This document shows positions 1-9,667 of a stretch of 41,138 bases of DNA, piece after piece. The notes beneath the pieces were generated by a model that was not told where the DNA came from, made no database searches, and saw only the letters and a list, made by a program, of their open reading frames with translations. The DNA comes from an uncultured Saprospiraceae bacterium (lineage in GTDB: Bacteria > Bacteroidota > Bacteroidia > Chitinophagales > Saprospiraceae): positions 1 to 41,138 of the forward strand of contig CALDGQ010000022.1 of the NCBI GenBank assembly GCA_937941765.1, in the 5' to 3' direction. Numbering within the stretch: the stretch's first letter is position 1; every line of letters begins with the position of its first letter. Made by a program: the position numbers and the translations under genes.

Positions 1-24
1 ATCAAGGAAAGATTAAAGCTGTAC

Positions 25-122
25 AAATTTCGACCTTGTGGAGAAATCTATCTCAGCAGATGCTTGTAATTAATAATTTCAGCTCCGATTTGAGTTAGAT
101 TTCTCCACTAAGGTCGAAATTT
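25..122. repeat. Near-perfect 25/26-bp inverted repeat (aaatttcgaccttgtggagaaatct ... agatttctccactaaggtcgaaattt) flanking a ~47-bp spacer; a long stem-loop or the terminal IR of a small element
   Basis: Read directly: arm A 25-49 and arm B 97-122 are reverse complements apart from one extra base in arm B. Confidence 0.5.
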
Positions 123-313
123 AAAACCGGAATACTTGCTTTTGTAACAATATATTGCCTATTTCCATGACATTGCCCCGCGTTTGGCTCGCGTATGGTT
201 CCTTTCATTTTTAAAGCTTTTTTAAAGGGGAATGAAAAATAATTTGCCTTGCAAATTATGAAGGATTGGGTTAATATGAAAGGATTGGGTTGAAAATTCA
301 AGACTTAAAGTCC

Positions 314-3277
314 CTAATTCCAACACCAAACACCCAAACAAGGACAAGGAGGAAAATCAATGCCATCACGTTTACCAACAATAAAAAAACGTCTATAATA
401 AAACATCAAAAGCATTAACATCATCCCAACTCCACCATACCAAATTGAAGCAAAACTTATTTTTGATACCGGCGACATATCTCCATAAGGAACAAAAGCG
501 GCCCAATATTTTGGATGTGCTTCATGTGCGCTATGTTTTTGTAGATACTCTTTTTTTGCCAAACATAGCGCATTGTCTTTAGATACATATGCTTGAGAAA
601 GGTGTTTATAAAATCTATTCATTAAATCAGCAGAAAGTTCGTCATTGATATTCCAAAGCGTTGTAACAATACTCTTGGCACCTGCTTCAATAAAACCTCG
701 AGAAATACTGATAATGCCTTCTCCTTTAAACACTTTTCCAACACCAGATTCACATGCACTTAATACAACCATATCAGCTTTTAGATTGAGATTGCTCAGC
801 TCGTTACTAAACAATTTGAAATCTTCAGAAGAAATCGGTATCGTATCTGCTCCATTGGTAAAAGCGATATAAGAATAGTCTGGGTTTTTATCATCGACTT
901 TTGCATGGGTTGCTAAATGAATGAATCGATAATCGCCTGCAAACTTCATAAAATTTTCCTTATTGGCGACCGTATCAACCAATGCATGACTGTATAACCA
1001 ATTTTTAATAAAGTCGATTTCCTTTTTGTTATAATCCAAATCATTCAACTCACCTCTAACATCTGCAATAGAGCGACCACTTGAAGCGGTATGGGTAAAA
1101 GAGGGCGCAAAAGAAAGGACCTCTGATTTAGGTGTTGCAACATGTTTTTTATTTTCAAGATTATCTAACATGGTACTTGAAAAACAGTAACTGATGTCAT
1201 GATCTTGAATTAAATATGGAAATTCACCAAACTCTTTAGGATTGTCTATTGGACCCGTCAATAATACTTCAAAAGGTAAATAATACAACGGACCATCTGG
1301 GATGATGATTAATTTTTTGGTCAAACCATGTTTTTCTTTTAATGGTTTTAATAAAACGTCATAAAGCCGTTTTGCATCGGAGACGAAATCAGCTGGTTGT
1401 CCATAAGAGATTTTTTCTTTTAAATTTCCGGCAGCTAAGAGATCTTCTTTAGTTAGATTTAATTTTTCAAAGTGGACTTGGTCTTTTTTAATTAGGAAGA
1501 CGAAAGCGTTTTCTTTCCCTATGAAGTATTCTAGGATGGCCTCTTTACTTGTGAGTAACTTTGATTGTATTTTTGCAAGTGCTATGTTATTATCGTTGCT
1601 TTGTTTTGGCAAAAGAAGATTAATCTTTGTTTCCAACACTACGAGTTCTTCTTGCATTTTAAAAAGTTTATTTCGTAAGGTAGCAAGCTCGATTTTATTT
1701 GTGTTTTGTTCAGAAATGCGGGTATGAATTAATTTTTCTAAAGTTACAATTTGATGTTTGAGTAGATAGTATTCGTTCGAAATATCTGGAGGTATTTCAG
1801 CAAAGTTTAAATCATTTTTGTGTTTAAATAATTTCAATAAAGAAGCGGATTTACTGGATTCCAAAATCCCAAAAATATTATCGTTAGCATCCATCCCCAA
1901 ATCAAATCCAATTGACAATACTTCTTCAAACAATCCATAGTTTCGATTAACTATGCCAATTACATCTTTTTCATTACGGGTTTGCTCGGCCATAGCTTTT
2001 TTCATCAACTGTATGCATTTTCTGCCCGTTTCAAATGCGATATATTTTAATTCTGAGGAATTTTGTTCAGTTGCAATTTGATTTAACGCCGTGGTTTTAA
2101 GACGAAGTGTTTTAATTAAATCTTCATCAACGAATAGATCTGCAGCATCAGGACTTGCAACAAAATCCGATTTATCAAATGATAAAACATGTTGCTGTAA
2201 AGCTAATTGGAAGTTTTTTAAAGCGATTTCGGTTTTATTTTTATTTAAATAGAATTCGCCAATTGTCGCATATGTTTTTGCAATTTGAAGATGTTTTGAT
2301 TTATAAAGTGCGTGTAATTTTTGTAATGAACTTTTGAAGTAAGTAGCCGCTTTTTCGTCTAGGTTATTTTTTCCGTAAGCAAGTCCTAAAGATAATTCTG
2401 AATTAGCAATAATATTTTTTTGTGCTTTCGAAAATAGCAATGATTTATTTAACAATATAATTGCACTATCTAAATTATTCAATTCCAAATAGCATTTGCC
2501 GCGTAGTTCGTAAAATTGACAAAGTAGATTTTCTGCCCGTTCTGGAAACGCTTTATCAGCGCTAAATTTATTCATTAAATCTGGTATGCAATTTTCAAAA
2601 TTAGCCATTGCAGCTTCACATAAATGAATTCTAGTTTGAAAAGCAGCTAAATTGCAAATACTTTCTTTTACACTTTGATGATTTTCATTTCCATATTGTT
2701 GAATAACAGTTAGAATCTCATTCTGAATATACCTCAGCGCTTTATCATGATTTCCTTTTCTTTCTGCATCAGTATAAAGATATTGGTAGGTGTTTATCAG
2801 ATTTGCGGTATCAGATTGAGTCCAAACTTTTTTATTTTGAAACAATTTGATATTTTCTTCAAAGTATTTATTTGCGTGATTGAAATCTCCTATTTTGTAT
2901 AAATAACTTCCAATGGAGTGATTATTAGATATTTTTAATGAGTCATTCTTGTAAAATATGGATGCAGTATTAAGAAGTCTCTCCGCCTTCTTTAGATTAA
3001 AGTAAATGCTGTCAACTTGATTATAATAAAGCGCACAATTTCCTTTTAATTCTAACGCCTTATAGATAGATATGGTATCTTTTTCAAATGAAGCTTTAGA
3101 AATAATAGCGTTTAGATAATAGTTTGTAAGCTTTAGGTCAGGACTAAAATTCAACTTCGCAAGTTTAAATAAACTGTCCGTTGAAATCTCCTGAGATTTC
3201 AACGGACAGATAGAAAACATAAAAACAATCGAACATTGAATTAATTTAAAAACTAATATTTTTAATTTTTTCCTCAA
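314..3277 (-). CDS. TPR-repeat protein with a C-terminal CHAT (caspase-like) protease domain and a C-terminal transmembrane anchor; the N-terminus looks like a signal peptide
   Basis: 987-aa ORF. The N-terminal hydrophobic leader and the long central region are rich in TPR-like helical repeats (recurring LGxAY/KAxxYF-type motifs). The C-terminal ~300 aa has the CHAT signature, with a conserved His (…FIHLATHAKVD…) and Cys (…MVVLSACESGVG…) dyad. A hydrophobic segment WYGGVGMMLMLLMFYY and a Cys-rich tail follow. Confidence 0.8.
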   Translation of the reverse strand: MRKKLKILVFKLIQCSIVFMFSICPLKSQEISTDSLFKLAKLNFSPDLKLTNYYLNAIISKASFEKDTISIYKALELKGNCALYYNQVDSIYFNLKKAERLLNTASIFYKNDSLKISNNHSIGSYLYKIGDFNHANKYFEENIKLFQNKKVWTQSDTANLINTYQYLYTDAERKGNHDKALRYIQNEILTVIQQYGNENHQSVKESICNLAAFQTRIHLCEAAMANFENCIPDLMNKFSADKAFPERAENLLCQFYELRGKCYLELNNLDSAIILLNKSLLFSKAQKNIIANSELSLGLAYGKNNLDEKAATYFKSSLQKLHALYKSKHLQIAKTYATIGEFYLNKNKTEIALKNFQLALQQHVLSFDKSDFVASPDAADLFVDEDLIKTLRLKTTALNQIATEQNSSELKYIAFETGRKCIQLMKKAMAEQTRNEKDVIGIVNRNYGLFEEVLSIGFDLGMDANDNIFGILESSKSASLLKLFKHKNDLNFAEIPPDISNEYYLLKHQIVTLEKLIHTRISEQNTNKIELATLRNKLFKMQEELVVLETKINLLLPKQSNDNNIALAKIQSKLLTSKEAILEYFIGKENAFVFLIKKDQVHFEKLNLTKEDLLAAGNLKEKISYGQPADFVSDAKRLYDVLLKPLKEKHGLTKKLIIIPDGPLYYLPFEVLLTGPIDNPKEFGEFPYLIQDHDISYCFSSTMLDNLENKKHVATPKSEVLSFAPSFTHTASSGRSIADVRGELNDLDYNKKEIDFIKNWLYSHALVDTVANKENFMKFAGDYRFIHLATHAKVDDKNPDYSYIAFTNGADTIPISSEDFKLFSNELSNLNLKADMVVLSACESGVGKVFKGEGIISISRGFIEAGAKSIVTTLWNINDELSADLMNRFYKHLSQAYVSKDNALCLAKKEYLQKHSAHEAHPKYWAAFVPYGDMSPVSKISFASIWYGGVGMMLMLLMFYYRRFFIVGKRDGIDFPPCPCLGVWCWN

Positions 3278-3291
3278 ATCTACTTCTGAAA

Positions 3292-3825
3292 TTATGGTAT
3301 TGGTTTTTCTTCAATTTTAATGTAAATATGAACGGTTGCATTTACTGGCATCATCACTTCTGAGTTTTGGTCTAAAGTAAGGATTTTATAGCCAGATGCA
3401 GTATCCTCAACGGTCTTTCCACTATTCAATTTAAAATAAACTGCTGGTGATATTGATGAAGAAATTTGTATATCAATTATATTATATTTTGTACAATCTT
3501 GAAAAATATAAAATGGTATACCAGTACTTTTCCAAATTACGCCCATTGGACATACTGGCGGCGGCCATGGTCCTTTATATCCAGATGTATCTGGTTCAGG
3601 GACTTTTTTTGCAATCCATTTAATTGAATCATTGTAGATGGAATTGATTTCAGAACTTACTGGTGTATCGCCAATGACCGTCATAATAACAGGTACATTA
3701 TTAGGAAAAAAAAATTCAGCAAGATACTCAGATATGAAATGTCCCCAAAAAGGACTTTTACCCATATTATTTTCCATGTGTGTGAATTTCTTCAATTTGT
3801 CTTCAAATGGTGCTCCCATAATCAA
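3292..3825 (-). CDS. Hypothetical protein of 177 aa, with no recognisable motif; its stop is 14 bp before the start of the CHAT gene on the same strand
   Basis: Intact ORF on the same strand as the CHAT gene and tightly linked to it. No signal peptide and no known catalytic motif seen. Confidence 0.45.
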   Translation of the reverse strand: MIMGAPFEDKLKKFTHMENNMGKSPFWGHFISEYLAEFFFPNNVPVIMTVIGDTPVSSEINSIYNDSIKWIAKKVPEPDTSGYKGPWPPPVCPMGVIWKSTGIPFYIFQDCTKYNIIDIQISSSISPAVYFKLNSGKTVEDTASGYKILTLDQNSEVMMPVNATVHIYIKIEEKPIP

Positions 3826-4138
3826 TTTGTTTTAATGAATTAAAAAATTTAATTGTTATATACGAATTTAGATGGCCACCAAATTAATGATAGCGAATAG
3901 TTATTCAAGGAAAGGTGAATTCAAAAAGTAGAGTTGAAAAAGTATTGTTGCTAAGGTTGTTGAAAGATAGCAAAAAGAATCACAATAACAATAATATAAC
4001 GGAATAATATTATTGTAAACAAGTTGACTAATCATACTTTGTCAGTTCCCCAAATATAAGTGTCTAAAGTTGATAAATTGTTACCATACAAATAGAAGAA
4101 ACTTTAAAAAAGTGACGTTTGGGAATTGATTGTGATAA

Positions 4139-5059
4139 TTAGGCATCCTTTTTATCATAGATCAAAAACTGATAGGTTTCCTGAAAAGCATAAAACACCT
4201 CAGCAAATGATTTCGCTTCTTTATAAAATGGGCAAGGATCATTTCCAAGTTGGTGCATAGATAAAAAGTCAACTAATTTATCCAAAGCATATTTCCGCAC
4301 ATCATTGATCGCTCGGTCTTTCTCAAAACGAAGGATGTTGTAAAACTCAGACATCGCATTTTCTATCAAAACCGCATTTCTTTCCCAAATCCACATAAAT
4401 TGAATATTGTTGCGGTCATAAGCTTTATTCCTCTTTTCAATTGGATCTTTTAAATGAATCGCATCCGTCATTACATTTTTACGTCGTTGATTGATTAATC
4501 CTGAAACGAAATACGGGAAATGATTGTTATATAATGTTTGATTTGATAACTTTGAAATAGTGTCTGGATAATCAAACCCATTAAAAACAGAAACTTTTTC
4601 TTGTAAAAATCGATCTGCCCAAATTTCATCTTTAAAAGATTGAGGACGTAACTCAGGTAAAATAAAATAGATCAATACTTCAGAATAAATGGAAGCTTCA
4701 ATCTCATTGTTCTTCATTTTTTCCATCCATGAGAAAAAATCGAAATCGCCCAAATGAAAAGGGAAGTATTTCAAGGTATTGCGATGATACAGCTCGTGAA
4801 AATAATATAAATCAGACTGCACCGGATTGTCATAATGTCGATAAGGAATGGCATTAAACCACGCCGAAAAATGCGGCCGTTCTATTTTGTAATCAGTATA
4901 CTGGAAAAAGATAATAGGGTAGTCACTTACTTTTTGACAAAATTTATAGATAAAAGAATAGCTATCTTTCATCGCATTTTTAAATGGTTCTGATTTCCAT
5001 AATTTATGCAAATGATCCATTACTTTTTTCCTTTCAACTATCAATTCTAGTTGCTCCAT
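4139..5059 (-). CDS. Hypothetical protein of 306 aa containing an HExxH-like motif (FHELYH); possible metal-dependent enzyme
   Basis: ORF overlaps the upstream gene by 13 nt, which suggests translational coupling. The HELYH motif was read from the translation. No other domain recognised. Confidence 0.5.
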   Translation of the reverse strand: MEQLELIVERKKVMDHLHKLWKSEPFKNAMKDSYSFIYKFCQKVSDYPIIFFQYTDYKIERPHFSAWFNAIPYRHYDNPVQSDLYYFHELYHRNTLKYFPFHLGDFDFFSWMEKMKNNEIEASIYSEVLIYFILPELRPQSFKDEIWADRFLQEKVSVFNGFDYPDTISKLSNQTLYNNHFPYFVSGLINQRRKNVMTDAIHLKDPIEKRNKAYDRNNIQFMWIWERNAVLIENAMSEFYNILRFEKDRAINDVRKYALDKLVDFLSMHQLGNDPCPFYKEAKSFAEVFYAFQETYQFLIYDKKDA

Positions 5060-6120
5060 CGCTCCATCAAATTTTCATAGTGAGAAAATAAATCAGCATC
5101 ACTTTTATTGTTGACAATTTTATCAATTTGTGGACTCATTACAAAACGATTAACACCTGCTCTTTCCAAATCATTGAATTCACTATCTATATGTTTTCGA
5201 TATCCTAATAAGAATACATCACTTGGGACTACCTTATGATTGGCTTCAGCATTTATTTCCTTATTTAATAATGCTAATGATTGTTCTTGTGCTTCTTGAT
5301 AAACTAAGCGTTTCTCCGATTCTGGAAAAGCATCCAACAATAAATTTGCTAATTGAAAAGAAGGCGCATTTTTAAACCACATTAAATTTCCAATTAATCC
5401 GGGTAATTCCATTTTTGAAAGGATACCACCAATTCTATCATAAAAACAGCCACCAAAACTTTTGCTAAAACTAAAAAAGATTCCTTTTACAGAAGTATGA
5501 TTAAGGTTTACTTGTTGAACTTTATAAGTGGTTCCATGATATGCGAAGTCCAACCAAACTTGGAGTTTTTTCTCATCAGCAAAATTCAAAAATACTTCTA
5601 AATCTTTCCAATAATTCCCATCAATTGCCGAAGGTTCGCTGATGATGACCAACTGTTTTTCCATTACGTCCTTTAAGTCTTCTTCAAAATGATTTCGATC
5701 AAATGCAGTCACTGGAATTTTTGCATCTGCAGCATAATGGTAATATCCTTCATACTCACCTTTCATCAAACACATGCCGCTTCCTTTTGAAATTAGGTCC
5801 CTACAATTATTTCCAAAATGCTGAATTACATATCGAAATCCTTCACTGGATCCAGATGTCGGATACACATTTGAATACTGATCTAAATGAGAAACACCGG
5901 ATGATAACCAAGCTCTTATTTTTTCAAAGAATGAAATATGACTGAGATCTTGTGCTTTAAGGTAACTGTGACGACCAATTTGAATAGCAGCTTCTGAATT
6001 GGTATAAAACTGAGTTTTTATTTTTTCGACGGGTTGCCATTGCGGGACATAGACACCTTTGCAGAGACCTAATTTAAGTAATTCGATGTCTCTTTCACTA
6101 AGGGTTTTTGTGTAATTCAT
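5047..6120 (-). CDS. PLP-dependent aminotransferase class I/II fold protein (divergent)
   Basis: SFSKSFGGCFYDRIGG matches the SxSKxxGxxGxRxG Schiff-base lysine motif of class I aminotransferases. ISEPSAIDG resembles the PxNPxG motif, and LDFAYHG is a D/E-AY-like motif. Confidence 0.6.
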   Translation of the reverse strand: MNYTKTLSERDIELLKLGLCKGVYVPQWQPVEKIKTQFYTNSEAAIQIGRHSYLKAQDLSHISFFEKIRAWLSSGVSHLDQYSNVYPTSGSSEGFRYVIQHFGNNCRDLISKGSGMCLMKGEYEGYYHYAADAKIPVTAFDRNHFEEDLKDVMEKQLVIISEPSAIDGNYWKDLEVFLNFADEKKLQVWLDFAYHGTTYKVQQVNLNHTSVKGIFFSFSKSFGGCFYDRIGGILSKMELPGLIGNLMWFKNAPSFQLANLLLDAFPESEKRLVYQEAQEQSLALLNKEINAEANHKVVPSDVFLLGYRKHIDSEFNDLERAGVNRFVMSPQIDKIVNNKSDADLFSHYENLMERWSN

Positions 6121-6382
6121 ATGGTGGAAAATTGTAGTGTAATTTATGATTTAATTGGTTGGTAGGCAAGTGATGAGATGCACGCTTGTTTCGTTGGATC
6201 CATTTGATTATCCGCCGATGCCAGATAGTTCCTTCCTTGGCAGGAAGGACAATGCGTGAACTCGCCAGACTGTGCAAATATGCTTTCGGAAACTGAACCG
6301 CAGAATATCCAACCGTAGAATATCGAATGTCGAAGTAGAGTACGTGGACAAATAAGCATGAAATTCGTTAATATACGCTGCA

Positions 6383-6410
6383 CCCTTCCTTTTCAAAGAA
6401 GGGCCTTTTT
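6383..6410 (+). terminator. Candidate intrinsic terminator or attenuator hairpin (cccttc-N9-gaaggg followed by ccTTTTTgcTTTgc) in the leader upstream of the sensor kinase
   Basis: 6-bp GC-rich stem followed by a T-run on the + strand only. No + strand CDS lies upstream of it, so it may end a small RNA or act as a leader attenuator. Confidence 0.35.
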
Positions 6411-6547
6411 GCTTTGCATATTAGAGGATGGATCAACCCACCCGAACAAACCAAATATCCAACCGATAGTCCGATGACATTTGCCAAACTATAATCTTTT
6501 TGGTATCATTACATAGGATCATTTTTTTACAGCTTGAAGATGCTAGG

Positions 6548-9500
6548 ATGTTAAGAGGAAAAAATCTATGCTCGATCTGTTTTGCACTCTTTCTGACCAT
6601 TTCTCTGGTCGCACAGCAAAATCAAAACGACCTCATCGTTCATAAAACACCATTGTTTGAATCGGATAACAATTGGGGATTGTCGACTCGCTTTATCAAA
6701 GATTTATTTACGGACAAAGATGGGATTATTTGGATAGCCTCTTCTAAAGGGTTGATTAAATATGATGGAACCAATGCTACTGTTTTTGATAGTAGTGTCA
6801 ACAATCCATATCGCATCCATTCTGATGATATCAGAAAAGCATTTGAAATGAAAAATGGGGATTTGATTTTATATTCATTTCGATCTGGTTTGCAATTGGA
6901 GTTATTGAAAAAGGGAGCGATGCAATCTTCTAAAATTGAATTGTCGGCTAATGACAAAAAGATTGACGGCTTTTTAGCAGATGTGAGCATTTCAAAAGAT
7001 GGCGTTATCTATGCTGCTTTCAATACTGGAAAATCCATTTTGATTTATAAGCTGATTGAACATCAGTTAGAATTTTTTAGAGCTTTTAATTTTGACGCCT
7101 CCATTTTAGGAAAGAAAATAAGTATCGCACCTTATGATCGTTCGGTATGGATAGCAGTTGAGGGATTAGGCGTTTTTGAGCACTTTAATCGACAAATTAA
7201 AGTGTTAGATTTTACAACTCTTAGTGAAAGTAAATCGATTTTTCCGAATTCATTTTTTGAAGATAATCTTGGTAATTTTTGGCTTTGTTTGGAAGAATTA
7301 CAGGATAATGTTTTCAAATGGGATGGAAAAGCTTTTGAAAAATTTGAGACCCCAATTAAAGAAGAAGTTGCGCAAATTATAGAGTCAGCAAGTGGACAAT
7401 TACTTTTTGTAGCTGGTAAATATCCGGATGCTATAACCAGTACATTTGCTTTGATTGATGGAGAATGGATTGATTATACGAGTTATTTAGAAACAGGTTA
7501 TGTTAGTTTATTTCCTTCCAATGATTTGAGTAAATCATTTTTTGTTCGCACTAAAAATAATGTACTTAACATTAGTTTTACAAATAATAAAATTACCAAC
7601 TATTTGAATCAGTCATTGACCAATAATCAATGGGGTAACATTATTATGGGGGTTAACGAGGATCTTTATGGAAATATTTATTTTATTGCGGAAAGTGATA
7701 ATTTTTACAAACTTGAAAAGGAAAGTAAAGAACTAACAAGAATTCCAATCATTGAATCAAATGGGGAAGAGCTTCAATTTGGTTGCGGAATGGCGATTCA
7801 CAGAGATAGCAAAGGGCAATTGTGGTTTGTCGCCTGTGATCGGGAACGTCGTGGTATCTTGATTAATTACAATCCTGGATCTAATAAGTTTAATTTCGTT
7901 TTTCATAAACATTTGATTAGAGGGATTCACATTGATGAAAATGATGTAATCTGGACGGTCCATAATAATGAACAAGTAGAAGTAGGTGTATTGACTTCTT
8001 ACAATATCGCTACCAAAGAAATTACCGACATTCCATTATCAGCTGCTTTTGTAGAGCCGCGTTTTTGCTATTCCAACAATATAGATTCTACCTTGTGGAT
8101 TGGGACGATGAAAGGACTCATTTCAGTCAATAAAACGACTTATGAAATGAAAACCTATAATGTAGAAAATAGTTTTTTGAAAAGTGATCGGATTATTTCA
8201 ATGTTAGATCATGACGGCAATAAATTGTTGACAGGTACATTTGGAGATGGATTACAAATTATTGATTTTGAAAACAAAAATGCAACCTTAATTGGGAAAG
8301 AAGCAGGGTTGTCAAATAATTTTGTTTGCGGAATCATTCCAATTGACAAAAGTAATTATTGGTTGAGTACTTTTAATGGATTGAGTTTTTGCAATATTGA
8401 AGATAAGACGGTTATCGAATATGGAGAAGCAAATGGGTTTGCACATTATGAATTTAATCGCCATGCCTATTTTCAAGCTAGTGATAGTACGAATTATTTA
8501 GGATCTGTCAATGGAGCAAGTTCTTTTTTAACAAAAGACTTACTACCTGAAAAATCGAATGCTTCAATTGGAATTTCTTCTATTAAAAAATATTATGGTA
8601 AAAAAGATACGATAGAAGTACTGAAAGGAAGTCATGAAAATTTCGATCAAATCGTATTATCTCCAGATGTTACTTATCTAGAAATAGATTTTTTTCAAAC
8701 AAATTTTAATGGTTCTCAACAACCTAAATTGTATACTCGGCTGACACCTTATGATGATAATTGGGAATATGCTGGAGAACATAAAAGGGTACGATATCGA
8801 TTGCTTCCACCAGGTACATACGATCTTGAAGTTAAGAATCAATTTAGCACTCAAATAAAAAAACTTAAGATTATTTCTGAAACACCGTTTTACAAACAAA
8901 TCTGGTTTCCAATCGCTGTAGTTTTAGGAAGTGCATTGTTTTTTTATGGTTTATATAGAAATAGAATTAAGAAAGTAAAGGCAGAAGACAAGGCGAATCA
9001 GGAGATTAATAAAAAATTTGCTGCACTCGAATTACAAGCATTACAATCTCAATTGAACCCTCATTTTATTTTCAATGCATTAGGTGCTATCCAATATGCG
9101 ATTCGTGAAAATGATAATCAACGTGCAGAACATTTCTTGACCAGTTTTGCTTCTTTGATGCGTTTGTTTTTAGAGTCTTCTAAAAAGAAACATATTTCTG
9201 TTGCGGAAGAGATTGAACTGATAAGTAAATATGTAGAGTTAGAGCAACTACGTTTCAATAATCGGTTTGATTTTGAATTTAATATCGATGAAAAAATAGA
9301 TATTTACAACACAGAGATTCCGTCTTTACTTTTTCAGCCGTTTGTAGAAAATGCAATAAATCATGGGTTATTTCACAAAAAAAATCAAGGTCTTTTGCAA
9401 ATTAATATTCAGATTGAAGATGACAAGTCCTTACATTGTATCATCGAAGATAATGGGATTGGACGTGTTAAATCTGCTGAAATAAAGAAAAGATCTATCA

Positions 9501-9646
9501 ATAATCATGTATCCAGGTCGACTCAAATTGTAAACGAAAGAATTGAAATTTTACAAAAAGTAGAAGACTTAGATTTGAATATTGAAATTCAAGATTTACT
9601 AGAAGGTACAAGAGTTGTGTTGGATATACCAATACAGTCTGATTAA
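6548..9646 (+). CDS. Sensor histidine kinase, LytS/YehU-type (His_kinase + HATPase_c), with a large periplasmic two-component-regulator beta-propeller (Y_Y_Y-like) sensor region
   Basis: The start was chosen at the in-frame ATG at 6548 (MLRGKNLCSICFALFLTISLVAQQ, a signal-peptide-like sequence) rather than the ORF-track start at 6500. The propeller region is ~780 aa, rich in W/G/Y, and followed by a TM helix (IWFPIAVVLGSALFFYGLY). It is followed by the LytS-family H-box QLNPHFIFNALGAIQ and a GHKL ATPase region (ENAINHG…DNGIG). Confidence 0.85.
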   Translation: MLRGKNLCSICFALFLTISLVAQQNQNDLIVHKTPLFESDNNWGLSTRFIKDLFTDKDGIIWIASSKGLIKYDGTNATVFDSSVNNPYRIHSDDIRKAFEMKNGDLILYSFRSGLQLELLKKGAMQSSKIELSANDKKIDGFLADVSISKDGVIYAAFNTGKSILIYKLIEHQLEFFRAFNFDASILGKKISIAPYDRSVWIAVEGLGVFEHFNRQIKVLDFTTLSESKSIFPNSFFEDNLGNFWLCLEELQDNVFKWDGKAFEKFETPIKEEVAQIIESASGQLLFVAGKYPDAITSTFALIDGEWIDYTSYLETGYVSLFPSNDLSKSFFVRTKNNVLNISFTNNKITNYLNQSLTNNQWGNIIMGVNEDLYGNIYFIAESDNFYKLEKESKELTRIPIIESNGEELQFGCGMAIHRDSKGQLWFVACDRERRGILINYNPGSNKFNFVFHKHLIRGIHIDENDVIWTVHNNEQVEVGVLTSYNIATKEITDIPLSAAFVEPRFCYSNNIDSTLWIGTMKGLISVNKTTYEMKTYNVENSFLKSDRIISMLDHDGNKLLTGTFGDGLQIIDFENKNATLIGKEAGLSNNFVCGIIPIDKSNYWLSTFNGLSFCNIEDKTVIEYGEANGFAHYEFNRHAYFQASDSTNYLGSVNGASSFLTKDLLPEKSNASIGISSIKKYYGKKDTIEVLKGSHENFDQIVLSPDVTYLEIDFFQTNFNGSQQPKLYTRLTPYDDNWEYAGEHKRVRYRLLPPGTYDLEVKNQFSTQIKKLKIISETPFYKQIWFPIAVVLGSALFFYGLYRNRIKKVKAEDKANQEINKKFAALELQALQSQLNPHFIFNALGAIQYAIRENDNQRAEHFLTSFASLMRLFLESSKKKHISVAEEIELISKYVELEQLRFNNRFDFEFNIDEKIDIYNTEIPSLLFQPFVENAINHGLFHKKNQGLLQINIQIEDDKSLHCIIEDNGIGRVKSAEIKKRSINNHVSRSTQIVNERIEILQKVEDLDLNIEIQDLLEGTRVVLDIPIQSD

Positions 9647-9667
9647 ATTTTGATGTATAATGTTAAG

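Noticed and set aside
95-301. 68-aa minus-strand ORF downstream of the CHAT gene
   Set aside because: It overlaps the large inverted repeat. It has no motif and the region is non-coding-like.
645-2337. Three + strand ORFs (645-872, 1521-1727, 2155-2337) inside the CHAT gene
   Set aside because: They lie entirely antisense within a 987-aa gene that has strong domain support. They are short and low-complexity, typical of antisense frames in AT-rich DNA.
6144-6396. Two overlapping minus-strand ORFs (79 aa and 62 aa) in the kinase leader
   Set aside because: They are mutually overlapping in different frames, span hairpins and repeats, and their translations are Cys/Arg-rich in a way that suggests chance frames.
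6640-8899. Short antisense ORFs inside the kinase gene (6640-6990, 7132-7317, 7757-7975, 8678-8899)
   Set aside because: Antisense to a gene with strong LytS/propeller support. None has a recognisable motif.
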